Numbered from the stretch's first letter, positions 39,219-48,036 are shown. The stretch is 64,000 nt of DNA from Patescibacteria group bacterium (GCA_038065315.1 JBBTRF010000001.1:300776-364775); one strand, 5' to 3'. Numbers and translations: made by a program. Notes: generated from the sequence alone by a model not told the origin.

Positions 39219-39989
39219 ATGATTTCTAAGTGGTACGACAAAAAAGCTGCAGTGCTGCAATCTCGAAAGAAGGGGTTATCTTTTCGTGAATTAGAAGAGA
39301 AATTTGGCGTACCCCGCTCCACACTGAGCGGTTGGTGCAAAGAAGTTTCATTAAGTCCCTCAAATGAGGAGCGCCTTCAGAAAAAGTGGCGAAAAGGCTT
39401 GAGAAAAGGGCGCATAGGAGCAGTGCGTTGGCATAATACCCAGAAACAAATCCGAATAGATGCGGCGAAAAAATCAGCCGTCGATGTCCTGGAAAGGATC
39501 GACCTTACTGACAAGAACGTACTTGAGACACTACTCGCCTTCCTCTATTTAGGAGAGGGCTTCAAAACTACGAGCACGGGTATCGGGAATAGTAACCCAC
39601 TCATATTACAATTTTTTGTATCAATGCTGCGAAATGTCTATGAAATACCTGCGAAGAAACTGCGATGTGAACTCCACCTGCGAGCAGACCAAGACGGAGA
39701 AAAAATGAAGAAATACTGGTCGAAGTCACTTGGGATACCGATCAAAAACTTCACCTCCCCACATTTTGACAAACGCACCATTGGCTTCCCCACTTATCCG
39801 CAGTATAAAGGGGTATGTTTGGTGCGGTGTGGAAATATTGCCATACAACGAAAATTAGTATATCTTAGCGAGATAGCGTGCAAGCAAATCGTTGGGCGGT
39901 TAGCTCACTTGGTAGAGCGCGTCGTTGACGTCGACGAGGTAACAGGTTCGAGCCCTGTACCGCCCACACATGACCGCAGATACGCATAA
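39219..39989 (+). CDS. HTH + LAGLIDADG-like protein whose frame runs through tRNA-Val
   Basis: KKGLSFRELEEKFGVPRSTLSGW (HTH); LLAFLYLGEGFK..NSNP..FF..KYWS (LAGLIDADG-like). Confidence 0.7.
   Translation: MISKWYDKKAAVLQSRKKGLSFRELEEKFGVPRSTLSGWCKEVSLSPSNEERLQKKWRKGLRKGRIGAVRWHNTQKQIRIDAAKKSAVDVLERIDLTDKNVLETLLAFLYLGEGFKTTSTGIGNSNPLILQFFVSMLRNVYEIPAKKLRCELHLRADQDGEKMKKYWSKSLGIPIKNFTSPHFDKRTIGFPTYPQYKGVCLVRCGNIAIQRKLVYLSEIACKQIVGRLAHLVERVVDVDEVTGSSPVPPTHDRRYA
39894..39966 (+). tRNA. tRNA-Val(GAC)
   Basis: GGGCGGT/ACCGCCC, CGTCG-TTGACGT-CGACG, TTCGAGC. Confidence 0.93.
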
Positions 39990-41619
39990 GCATGCCGCAG
40001 GATTGATCCCGTATTTTTTGTCGACCTCGAAAAATGAATACAGTGTCTTCGTCCAGCGTCGCTCGACAGACGCCAAGCGCAATCCAAATGTTTTTGGCTT
40101 GTTTGGCGGTGGTATCGAAGCTGGTGAAACACCCGAACAGGGCCTACATCGCGAGATTCTTGAGGAGCTGAGCATTGACCTCGACAAGCCCGAGTACCGC
40201 GCGGCAGTGGCGCCGATCGGCACCTTTGATTACGCCGACTCAATCGGCAAAGTCCGCGCACACGAATACGCCCTGCCAGTGACGCCGGATTTTGCAAAGC
40301 AAGTGAAGATCGGCGAAGGTCAATATGGCATTTTTATGAGCGAAACGGAGATCCGCGAGAGTGGCGAATTTCTCGAAGGTCATCGGCAGATGATCCTCGA
40401 TTTTCTTGGGTCGATCAAAGCACCACGCATCATTCTCGGCATCGAGACGAGCTGCGACGAGACCGCACTCAGCCTCGTCCGCACACAAGGTCGCAACGTG
40501 CAGGTGCTCGGACATGAATTGATCTCGCAGATCGATGTACATCGACCATACGGCGGAGTTTTTCCGGTCCTCGCCAAGCGTGAACACGGACGCAACCTTG
40601 TGCCACTCCTAGAAAAGATCCTGTTGAATGATCCGGCACTGCCGCAGGTGGCGTGGACCGGTCCGAGCGAAGCGATCCTCGCAGAGATTCGCGTCATTCT
40701 CGCCCGTGAAGCCGAATTACTCGCGCTTTTTGAGGCATTTATTGAACGCCGATGTGCCTCTGGTGCCGCGACATCCGACAGTGCCGCATCCAACACCACC
40801 CGACCTGCCATCGACGCCATCGCTGTCACTGAAGGCCCAGGCCTCGAGCCAGCACTCTGGGTTGGCGTCGGCTTTGCAAAAGCGCTTGCACTACTTTGGA
40901 ATGTGCCGATCATCCCGATCAATCATATGGAAGGTCATGTTGTGGCCTCCCTTCTCACTACCCAGTCGCACGGTGGTCTTGCGGAGCTCGCCAAGCCGCC
41001 GCTGCCAGCGCTGGCGCTCTTGATCAGCGGCGGCCACACCGAGCTCGTACTGATCCAGGCGCTCAGCTCATATGAAATCATCGGCAAGACGCGCGACGAC
41101 GCAGTGGGCGAAGCCTTCGACAAAGTCGCGCGCATCCTCGGTCTGCCTTATCCGGGCGGCCCGCAGATCAGCACTCTTGCTAAGACGGTCACCTCGAGCC
41201 AATACACCCTGCCGCGCCCAATGATCCATTCCAAGGACCTTGATTTCTCTTTTTCCGGCCTGAAGACCGCCGCGCTCTATCTCACCAAAGAAATTGAAAA
41301 AACTCACCCCCTCACCAACACCGACAAAGCCGAAATCGCGTACGAAACCGAGCAAGCCATCGCCGAAGTGTTGACCAAAAAGACCTCGCGAGCTATTGAG
41401 CAACACAATATCCAGTCTCTCATCATCGGCGGCGGCGTCATTGCGAACACGGTGCTCCGTGAAGCCTTTGGAACGCTCGCCAAACACTATTCCATCCCCC
41501 TTTTCCTCCCAACCAACGCACTTGCAACCGACAACGCAGTCATGATCGCCGTGGCAGCCACACTGAAAGGCACGAGCGGCCAGCGAGCGCCTGTCGTGAA
41601 GGGCAATTTGTCGCTCTAG
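39970..41619 (+). CDS. tsaD: NUDIX hydrolase fused to tRNA t6A transferase TsaD
   Basis: Nudix box GGGIEAGETPEQGLHREILEEL, then ILGIETSCDET, GPGLEPAL, NHMEGH, SGGHT, DDAVGEAFDK, TDNAVMIA. Confidence 0.92.
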   Translation: MTADTHKHAAGLIPYFLSTSKNEYSVFVQRRSTDAKRNPNVFGLFGGGIEAGETPEQGLHREILEELSIDLDKPEYRAAVAPIGTFDYADSIGKVRAHEYALPVTPDFAKQVKIGEGQYGIFMSETEIRESGEFLEGHRQMILDFLGSIKAPRIILGIETSCDETALSLVRTQGRNVQVLGHELISQIDVHRPYGGVFPVLAKREHGRNLVPLLEKILLNDPALPQVAWTGPSEAILAEIRVILAREAELLALFEAFIERRCASGAATSDSAASNTTRPAIDAIAVTEGPGLEPALWVGVGFAKALALLWNVPIIPINHMEGHVVASLLTTQSHGGLAELAKPPLPALALLISGGHTELVLIQALSSYEIIGKTRDDAVGEAFDKVARILGLPYPGGPQISTLAKTVTSSQYTLPRPMIHSKDLDFSFSGLKTAALYLTKEIEKTHPLTNTDKAEIAYETEQAIAEVLTKKTSRAIEQHNIQSLIIGGGVIANTVLREAFGTLAKHYSIPLFLPTNALATDNAVMIAVAATLKGTSGQRAPVVKGNLSL

Positions 41620-41644
41620 GGCCTTTTTGCTATGATACAGCGAC

Positions 41645-43876
41645 ATGAATGATAAGTTCCTGAAGCCGTATTCTCCACAGGATACCGAGGCGAATATCTA
41701 TACACGCTGGCAAGAGAGCGGTTTTTTTAATCCCGACACGCTTGCCGCGTTGGGCGCCAAAATGCCAACGGGAGGATCTGTGCCACGCTTCACCAAGCCC
41801 TTCACTATCGTGATGCCGCCGCCAAACGCCAACGGCAATCTCCACGTCGGCCACGCTCTCGCCATCGCCCTTGAGGACATCATGATCCGCTACAAACGCA
41901 TGCAGGGCTTCAAGACCCTCTGGGTGCCAGGCGCCGACCATGCCGGCTTCGAGACGCAGATCGTGTACGAGAAGAAGCTCGAGAAAGAAGGACGCTCTCG
42001 CTTCAAAATGGATCCTCAGGACCTCTACAAAGAGATTCTCGCCTTCACCCTTGAAAACAAAGGCAACATGGAAGCTCAAGTGCGCGCGCTCGGAGCTTCT
42101 TGCGATTGGTCTCGCGAGAAATTCACCCTCGATCCTGACGTCGTGGCCGAAACGCATCGCACGTTCCAGAAAATGTATGACGACGGCCTCGTGTACCGCG
42201 GCTCGCGCATTGTGAATTGGTGCTCCAAGCACGCCACCTCCCTTTCCGACGTGGAGACCGAGAGCAAGGAAAAAACCGACCCATTTTACTATTTCAAATA
42301 CGGCCCATTCACTATCGGCACCGCTCGACCAGAGACAAAATTCGGCGACAAATACGTGGTGATGCACCCAGAGGACAAGCGCTACGCCGAATACAAGCAA
42401 GGGCAGAAGATCGACCTCGAATGGATCAACGGCCCGATCACTGCGACCGTCATCAAGGACGAAGCGATCGACATGGAGTTCGGTACCGGCGTGATGACCA
42501 TCACCCCATGGCATGATGCGGTGGACTTTGGCATTGCCGAGCGACACAAGCTCGACCGCGAACAGGTTATCGACATGCGAGGCAAGCTCCTCCCTATCGC
42601 TGGCGAATTTTCGGGCCTGAAGATCGCCGAAGCTCGACCAAAAATCGTCGAGAAGCTCAGGGCCAAAGGCTTGCTCGTGAAAGTGGACGAAAAATACGTA
42701 CACAATGTCCCTGTCTGCTACAAATGCGAGACCGCGATTGAGCCGCAGATCCTCCCACAATGGTTCGTGAAGATGCAGCCGCTCGCGGAGAAGGCGATCA
42801 AAGCTGTGGAAGCTGGTGAAGTAGTCTTCCAGCCAGACAACTACCGCAAAATCTTCCTCTACTGGATGAACAACACCCTCGATTGGAACATTTCCCGACA
42901 GATTGTCTGGGGCATTCCAATTCCTGCAAAGATCTGCGACGCTTGTGGTTTTGCTGCACCTGACCTCGAGCACAAGCTCACTACTTGCCCTAGCTGCAAG
43001 ACAGCAACCCCACTCCGCATCGACACCGACACCTTCGACACCTGGTTCTCCTCGGGCCAGTGGCCACTGCTTTCGCTCGGCTATTCAAAGGGCGCTGATT
43101 GGAAGTCTTTCTACCCCACCGACGTCATGGAGACCGGTTCGGACCTGATCTTCAAATGGATCCCACGCATGGTGATCTTCGGCCTCTACCTTACCGGCAA
43201 GGCACCATTCCACACCGTATACCTCCACGGCCTCGTAAATGACGCTCAAGGCAAGAAGATGAGCAAGAGTAAAGGCAATGTCACCAATCCAACCGACCTC
43301 ATCGCCAAGTACGGCACCGACGCGCTGCGCATCGGTCTGATTGTCGGAAATACGCCTGGCACCAACCTCGCTCTCTCCGAAGACAAGATCCGCGGGTACA
43401 AAAACTTTGCCAACAAGCTCTGGAATATTAGCCGCTTCGTACTCGAGAGCACTTCCGGTCAGGGCGCGACGACCGCCTTTGCCTACGACCCCGTCTTTTC
43501 TGCCTGGTCTGAAGCTGAAAAAGCGCTCACGGCGGAAAGAGACGCCCTTGTCGCCGAGATCACGAAAGAAATGGACGACAACAAATTCTACCTCGTCGCC
43601 GAAAAGCTGTACCACTACATCTGGCACCGCTTCGCCGATGTCATCCTCGAAGACAGCAAGACGATTCTCGGATCAGCCGCTCCTAGTGCCGCTCCGACCA
43701 CCGCAACACCTGCAGACAAAACTTCTCGTGCGCAGTTTTTGCTTCATACCCATCGCGCTATCCTGAAGACGATGCACCCCTTCATCCCATTCGTGACCGA
43801 AGAGATCTGGTCCTTGCTGCCAAAGGCCACAGGCGAGCAGGAACTCTTGATGGTGGAAAAGTGGCCGACGGCGTAG
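41645..43876 (+). CDS. valS: Valine--tRNA ligase (lacks C-terminal coiled coil)
   Basis: PPPNANGNLHVGH, PGADHAG, DWNISRQIVWG, DTWFSS, KMSKS. Confidence 0.96.
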   Translation: MNDKFLKPYSPQDTEANIYTRWQESGFFNPDTLAALGAKMPTGGSVPRFTKPFTIVMPPPNANGNLHVGHALAIALEDIMIRYKRMQGFKTLWVPGADHAGFETQIVYEKKLEKEGRSRFKMDPQDLYKEILAFTLENKGNMEAQVRALGASCDWSREKFTLDPDVVAETHRTFQKMYDDGLVYRGSRIVNWCSKHATSLSDVETESKEKTDPFYYFKYGPFTIGTARPETKFGDKYVVMHPEDKRYAEYKQGQKIDLEWINGPITATVIKDEAIDMEFGTGVMTITPWHDAVDFGIAERHKLDREQVIDMRGKLLPIAGEFSGLKIAEARPKIVEKLRAKGLLVKVDEKYVHNVPVCYKCETAIEPQILPQWFVKMQPLAEKAIKAVEAGEVVFQPDNYRKIFLYWMNNTLDWNISRQIVWGIPIPAKICDACGFAAPDLEHKLTTCPSCKTATPLRIDTDTFDTWFSSGQWPLLSLGYSKGADWKSFYPTDVMETGSDLIFKWIPRMVIFGLYLTGKAPFHTVYLHGLVNDAQGKKMSKSKGNVTNPTDLIAKYGTDALRIGLIVGNTPGTNLALSEDKIRGYKNFANKLWNISRFVLESTSGQGATTAFAYDPVFSAWSEAEKALTAERDALVAEITKEMDDNKFYLVAEKLYHYIWHRFADVILEDSKTILGSAAPSAAPTTATPADKTSRAQFLLHTHRAILKTMHPFIPFVTEEIWSLLPKATGEQELLMVEKWPTA

Positions 43877-43927
43877 CCGCCGCGCAGTCCACAAAGGCGG
43901 TGCGACGACGAGTGCTATAATTGCGGC

Positions 43928-44617
43928 ATGCATCTGCCGCCGCTCAATCTCTTTTTGACCTTGCTTGCGGGCATCATTCCCCCGCTCATTTGGCTAAAAC
44001 TGTGGCTGAAAGAAGATGTGCATCCTGAACCGCGCCGACTCATCCTTACTGCTTTCATCGGCGGCATGATCGCTGTGCCCTTCGTGATCCCACTGCAAGG
44101 CTTTGTGAAGGGAGCGGTGGCCAACGCCGTGACAGTAGTCATTCTCTGGGCACTCATTGAAGAAACACTGAAATTCCTCGCCGGGTACTACACAGCCATG
44201 ACCAAAAAGGTCAACAACGAGCCGATCGACCCGGTGATGTTTATGCTCACTGCCGCCCTCGGCTTTGCGGCACTGGAAAATGTCCTCTTCATCATCAACC
44301 CGGCCATGGTCGGAGACTTATACACAGGCCTCATCACTTCCAACCTCCGCTTCGTCGGCGCCACCCTCGTACACCTTGTCTGCTCCTCTGCTGTGGGTAT
44401 TAGCCTCGGTTTGGCTTTCTACAAAAGTCGTGCGAGCAAGCTGCTCCACCTGGTGGCCGGAATTCTCATCGCCACGGCGTTGCATTCGACCTTCAATCTC
44501 CTTATAATGAATGCTACCGGAATGAGCACTTTCGGAATTTTCTTCGGGGTCTGGGTCTCGGTCATCGTCTTGGCGCTCTTTTTTGAAAAGGTGAAGCGTG
44601 TCGAGCCGACAGAATAG
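43928..44617 (+). CDS. PrsW-family intramembrane protease
   Basis: HPEP, IEETLK, LGFAALEN, LHSTFN. Confidence 0.88.
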   Translation: MHLPPLNLFLTLLAGIIPPLIWLKLWLKEDVHPEPRRLILTAFIGGMIAVPFVIPLQGFVKGAVANAVTVVILWALIEETLKFLAGYYTAMTKKVNNEPIDPVMFMLTAALGFAALENVLFIINPAMVGDLYTGLITSNLRFVGATLVHLVCSSAVGISLGLAFYKSRASKLLHLVAGILIATALHSTFNLLIMNATGMSTFGIFFGVWVSVIVLALFFEKVKRVEPTE

Positions 44618-44644
44618 GCAATAATCATCAATTATTTACATCCA

Positions 44645-45130
44645 ATGGCAAAAGAAAAGCGATCATTTTTTGAGAAGCTCACCGGCGCAGTACACGTCGA
44701 GGACGACCTCGAGCCAACGCCTCGAAAGGCCGGCGCCCATGCGTCTGAGTCGCGAAGCGATGCGGCCAAGCGCGAAGAGTGGTCAGAGGAAGGCGCTGAA
44801 GGACAGTTGCCGGTGGATGTGTACCAGACCCCTACCGATATTTTCATCAAAACGCTCATCCCAGGTACGAAAGTGGATGATTTGGACATTTCCATTACTC
44901 GCGACATGGTGACGATCAAGGGCAAGCGCGAAGCGAGCCGCGAGATCGCCGAGGATGACTACTTTTTCCGCGAATTGTACTGGGGTTCTTTTTCTCGAAC
45001 CATTCTTTTGCCGCAGGAGATTGACGTGGAGGGTGCCGAGGCCGGCGAGAAGCTCGGACTACTCACGATCCGCCTGCCAAAGATCGATAAATCTCGCCAG
45101 ACGAAGCTGAAGGTGAAGTCGGGGTACTAA
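44645..45130 (+). CDS. Hsp20/alpha-crystallin small heat-shock protein
   Basis: LPVDVYQT, ELYWGSFSRTILLP, GLLTIRLPK. Confidence 0.93.
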   Translation: MAKEKRSFFEKLTGAVHVEDDLEPTPRKAGAHASESRSDAAKREEWSEEGAEGQLPVDVYQTPTDIFIKTLIPGTKVDDLDISITRDMVTIKGKREASREIAEDDYFFRELYWGSFSRTILLPQEIDVEGAEAGEKLGLLTIRLPKIDKSRQTKLKVKSGY

Positions 45131-45178
45131 ACAACAGAAAAAAGCGCGACCATCGGGTCGCGCTTTTTTCTGTTGCTT
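45129..45178. terminator. Bidirectional terminator between hsp20 and tRNA-Phe
   Basis: CAACAGAAAAAAGCGCGACC-loop-GGTCGCGCTTTTTTCTGTTG. Confidence 0.75.
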
Positions 45179-45189
45179 TTTCGCTGCGG

Positions 45190-45262
45190 TGCTTGGGACC
45201 AGATTTGAACTGGTGACCCTTCCCTCTTCAGGGGAATGCTCTACCAACTGAGCTACCCAAGC
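45190..45262 (-). tRNA. tRNA-Phe(GAA)
   Basis: GCTTGGG/CCCAAGC, TTCCC-CTGAAGA-GGGAA, TTCAAAT. Confidence 0.93.
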
Positions 45263-45287
45263 ATGTTGTGCGCCCTCGCACTAATGA

Positions 45288-45557
45288 TTAATTCGTGAGC
45301 TGCTTGATGAGGCCGGCGTAATTCGATGTCGCACCGCCACCAATATCCTTCACGGTGCCAGCGACATCCTGCAAACCCTCGTAGTACGGCCGGAGAGCCT
45401 GCAAAGCGACGCCGCCGAGGCCAATGATGATCACCCAGTACGCGACCTTGGCAAATCGGCCAATGAGCTGAGACCGACGGATCGAGGTCAGCATTTCGTG
45501 ATTCTCTTTGGCGAGATCGTATGTTTTTTCAAGCAATTTTCGATCCTCCGGACTCAT
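45288..45557 (-). CDS. Hypothetical single-TM protein
   Basis: MSPEDRKLLEKTYDLAKENHEML..YWVIIIG; TGCTATACT 7 nt upstream. Confidence 0.7.
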   Translation of the reverse strand: MSPEDRKLLEKTYDLAKENHEMLTSIRRSQLIGRFAKVAYWVIIIGLGGVALQALRPYYEGLQDVAGTVKDIGGGATSNYAGLIKQLTN

Positions 45558-45667
45558 GCCAAAGAGTATAGCAGAAATGCGAAAAACGGGCAAAATGCGC
45601 GGTCGTAGAGGGCGTTTTTAACATAAACACTTGGGCACCGAAAGAGTTTCTGAAATTTCGATGAGGT

Positions 45668-45784
45668 TTAGTCTTTGAGATAGGCGATGGCCTCTTTAGC
45701 AGTGGCAAAACGGGGAGAAAGATTTTTACCTTTCTTGATATCATTGAGTATCTTGTCGATACTGAATATTACTTGCGTATTCAT
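45668..45784 (-). pseudogene. Internally deleted RelB/DinJ-like antitoxin remnant (38 aa)
   Basis: Translated manually: MNTQVIFSIDKILNDIKKGKNLSPRFATAKEAIAYLKD; AT-rich palindrome upstream. Confidence 0.5.
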
Positions 45785-45842
45785 TTATATATCATATATC
45801 TATTAGATATATACGACAACCCGTGCGGCATTATTGAGTTTC

Positions 45843-45918
45843 TGGTGCCCCCGGCCGGAATCGAACCGACATCAAATCCTTAGGACGGACTCGTTCTGAT
45901 CCATTGAACTACGGAGGC
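45843..45918 (-). tRNA. tRNA-Arg(CCT)
   Basis: GCCTCCG/CGGGGGC, loop GTCCTAA, TTCGATT, CCA. Confidence 0.9.
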
Positions 45919-45941
45919 GCATGGCCACTATATCACGAGGC

Positions 45942-46178
45942 CTATTTCACCCCAAGAGCCGCAGCGAAAGCCGGCTTGTCGAAGCCCACCATGATGCTGC
46001 CGTCGATATCGATCACTGGCACACCCATCTGACCGCTCTTCTCCACCATCTCCTTGCGCCTCGCGAGATCGCTGGCAACATTGTGCTCGGTGTACGAGAT
46101 GCCCTTCGACTTCATGAAATCTTTCGCGAGGTTGCAGTAATGACAGGTTGGGGTTGAGTAGATGGTGACGTTTTTCAT
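45942..46178 (-). CDS. Glutaredoxin-like protein (NrdH/YruB type)
   Basis: TIYSTPTCHYC, SGQMGVPVI, VGFD. Confidence 0.92.
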   Translation of the reverse strand: MKNVTIYSTPTCHYCNLAKDFMKSKGISYTEHNVASDLARRKEMVEKSGQMGVPVIDIDGSIMVGFDKPAFAAALGVK

Positions 46179-46254
46179 GCTGGTACGTGGTTAGTTGGTG
46201 AGGGTAAGTATAGCAAGAGGAGGTGGAAATGTGCAAAGTCCCTCACAAGAAATC

Positions 46255-46845
46255 TTAGATACTATAGCCCATCTTTACAAACTCTCTTCCTAGACGCTCA
46301 AAATTACCCTGATCCTTTAAGTATTCTTTGACCATTTTTACCTGCCCCTTACCTATCAAATTTCTAATATTCTTATTACTCTGTAATTTAATTTCTGGAA
46401 ATGAAAATCTTGCATCTATTCCTTGCTCCCTATCAATGACATGGAAGTGTCTATCGTGATCACTACCATGTGGATATACCCTAAAAACAAAGCCCCTCAT
46501 CCTGCCACCTACACCCTTAACAAATGGTCCACTCCAACTGAGCGGAGTCTTATATTTTTGATCGAGCGCTAAATCTTCGTCACTCTTTGAATAATGAATA
46601 ATGCAGTACATTCCCTCCAATAAGCACTCATCTGCAACATCCACATAACCTTCAATTTCATCTTTTAACTGATTTCGGTTAAACTCTTTTTCACGGCGCA
46701 ACCTAAAGATCTCGGCTTTTTTTACATACCTTCTTAACTGAAACCTGAACAGAGACAGTATCAGCGCACGAACTAGTGTTCGCAGCGATTCTCTAAAATA
46801 TACCGCCAGGGAAATTAGCACGCAGAGTAGTAAAAACCAGTACAT
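46255..46845 (-). CDS. AT-rich hypothetical protein, N-terminal TM and His-rich DUF4160-like C-terminus
   Basis: Start MYWFLLL; FRVYPHGSDHDRHFHV..DARF. Confidence 0.55.
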   Translation of the reverse strand: MYWFLLLCVLISLAVYFRESLRTLVRALILSLFRFQLRRYVKKAEIFRLRREKEFNRNQLKDEIEGYVDVADECLLEGMYCIIHYSKSDEDLALDQKYKTPLSWSGPFVKGVGGRMRGFVFRVYPHGSDHDRHFHVIDREQGIDARFSFPEIKLQSNKNIRNLIGKGQVKMVKEYLKDQGNFERLGREFVKMGYSI

Positions 46846-46894
46846 AACAATTAGATTATTCCATCGATTAACAAATCTTTCAAACACACTCGAT

Positions 46895-47046
46895 GAATCG
46901 GTCCTTACAGGACCAGTACGGGTTTCCCATTTTCTCGGAGCAGAACTCCTCGAAAATATGGGAGAACCCTTTCGATTCTCAGACGCAAGTGCCTCAAGGC
47001 ACTTGCTTACCCGCACAAACAAAGCCCCTTTCGGGGCGTTTGTCGT
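46895..47046 (-). repeat. tRNA-trailer element (core type B) of tRNA-Gly
   Basis: Inverted copy TTCGATTCTCAG-[hairpin]-TACCCGCA at 46971-47015 plus 71-nt core 46900-46970 shared with the Ser(GGA) locus. Confidence 0.9.
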
Positions 47047-47120
47047 TGGTGCGGGTACTGAGAATCGAACTCAGGTCTCAACCTTGGGAAGGTCGCATTC
47101 TACCACTAAACCATACCCGC
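47047..47120 (-). tRNA. tRNA-Gly(CCC)
   Basis: GCGGGTA/TACCCGC, loop TTCCCAA, TTCGATT, CCA. Confidence 0.94.
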
Positions 47121-47147
47121 ATTTTTGTCGCGCACGCCGCGTCTACA

Positions 47148-47534
47148 CTACTCCGCCCCGAACAATCCCTTGATCTTCTTCCACAAGCCGGAAGCGAGGC
47201 TGTCCTCAGGAACGTCCACCTCCGTCTTTGGCGGGTCCACCAATACTACCAAATGTTCGCCGGGTTTGGCCACCCGAAAGCTATTGCGGATCTCGCGCTC
47301 CATGCCTTCCTTGGTGTTGAGCTCTTCGATCGCTTTAGCAACCTCGACTTTGCGCTGCTGGAGGTTTTGCAATTCGGTCTGTGCCCGCGCCGCTCGGTCG
47401 CGGCTCTCGGATTCTTTTCCGTACACGTTGTAGGCGGCGCGGGCAGTGAGAAAAAGAACCATCAGCAACACAAGCAAAGTCGGCCGCGAATACACCATTT
47501 CCCGAAACTGTCGTTTTTGCCTAAATTCCCTCAT
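47148..47534 (-). CDS. Septum formation initiator (FtsB/DivIC family)
   Basis: TM helix + coiled coil + EGMEREIRNSFRVAKPGE. Confidence 0.8.
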   Translation of the reverse strand: MREFRQKRQFREMVYSRPTLLVLLMVLFLTARAAYNVYGKESESRDRAARAQTELQNLQQRKVEVAKAIEELNTKEGMEREIRNSFRVAKPGEHLVVLVDPPKTEVDVPEDSLASGLWKKIKGLFGAE

Positions 47535-47564
47535 ATGATATGATGCAGTATATCAAAAAATACC

Positions 47565-47675
47565 ATGCTATTCGATCCAAAACACAAGAAAAAAGTCGGC
47601 ATCGTGTGGGGCATTCTCTGCGCACTCATTATCGTGAGCATGATTCTGCTCTATATCCCGTCGCTTTTGCCATAA
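47565..47675 (+). CDS. Small membrane protein, 36 aa
   Basis: MLFDPKHKKKVGIVWGILCALIIVSMILLYIPSLLP; below the ORF-track cutoff; terminator at about 47698-47729. Confidence 0.6.
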   Translation: MLFDPKHKKKVGIVWGILCALIIVSMILLYIPSLLP

Positions 47676-47766
47676 CAATCAGATAGGTCAGCAAAAAGAA
47701 AACAGGTACCTCGAGGGTCCCTGTTTTTCGTTTCTGACACACGACGCCGGCGCTGGATCGGAAGGT

Positions 47767-47934
47767 TCACGGCGCTCGCTTTGGCGACTTGCGGAAGAGG
47801 CCAATGAAGCCGAGGAATAGCTTCGCGGCGGCGAAGACAAGAAAGGCGGCGGTGAGAAGCGGCCAGAACCAGATAGAGGCGCGATCTTCCTTTTCCGAAG
47901 TCACGCTGCGAAATACCGCAGAAGCACGAGACAT
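47767..47934 (-). CDS. Small membrane protein, 55 aa
   Basis: MSRASAVFRSVTSEKEDRASIWFWPLLTAAFLVFAAAKLFLGFIGLFRKSPKRAP; leader resembles those of other orphan genes. Confidence 0.45.
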   Translation of the reverse strand: MSRASAVFRSVTSEKEDRASIWFWPLLTAAFLVFAAAKLFLGFIGLFRKSPKRAP

Positions 47935-48036
47935 AGTGAATGTGGGTTGAGGGTTGAATGTGAAAACAAAGAGCCGCGGACTCCTTTATCCTAGTACAAA
48001 ACGTTCATTTTTGCCACTTCAAGACGCCAGACAAGA

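Noticed and set aside
46971-47015. Split or permuted tRNA gene fragments on the opposite strand (also 62800-62841)
   Set aside because: Only T-loop/acceptor 3' pieces are present, with no D or anticodon arm, and the adjacent tRNAs are intact.
46893-47543. ORFs spanning tRNA-Gly and its trailer (and similar ORFs at 62578-63003 and 8683-9003)
   Set aside because: They translate tRNA and repeat sequence; their mutual similarity is due to the shared non-coding core.
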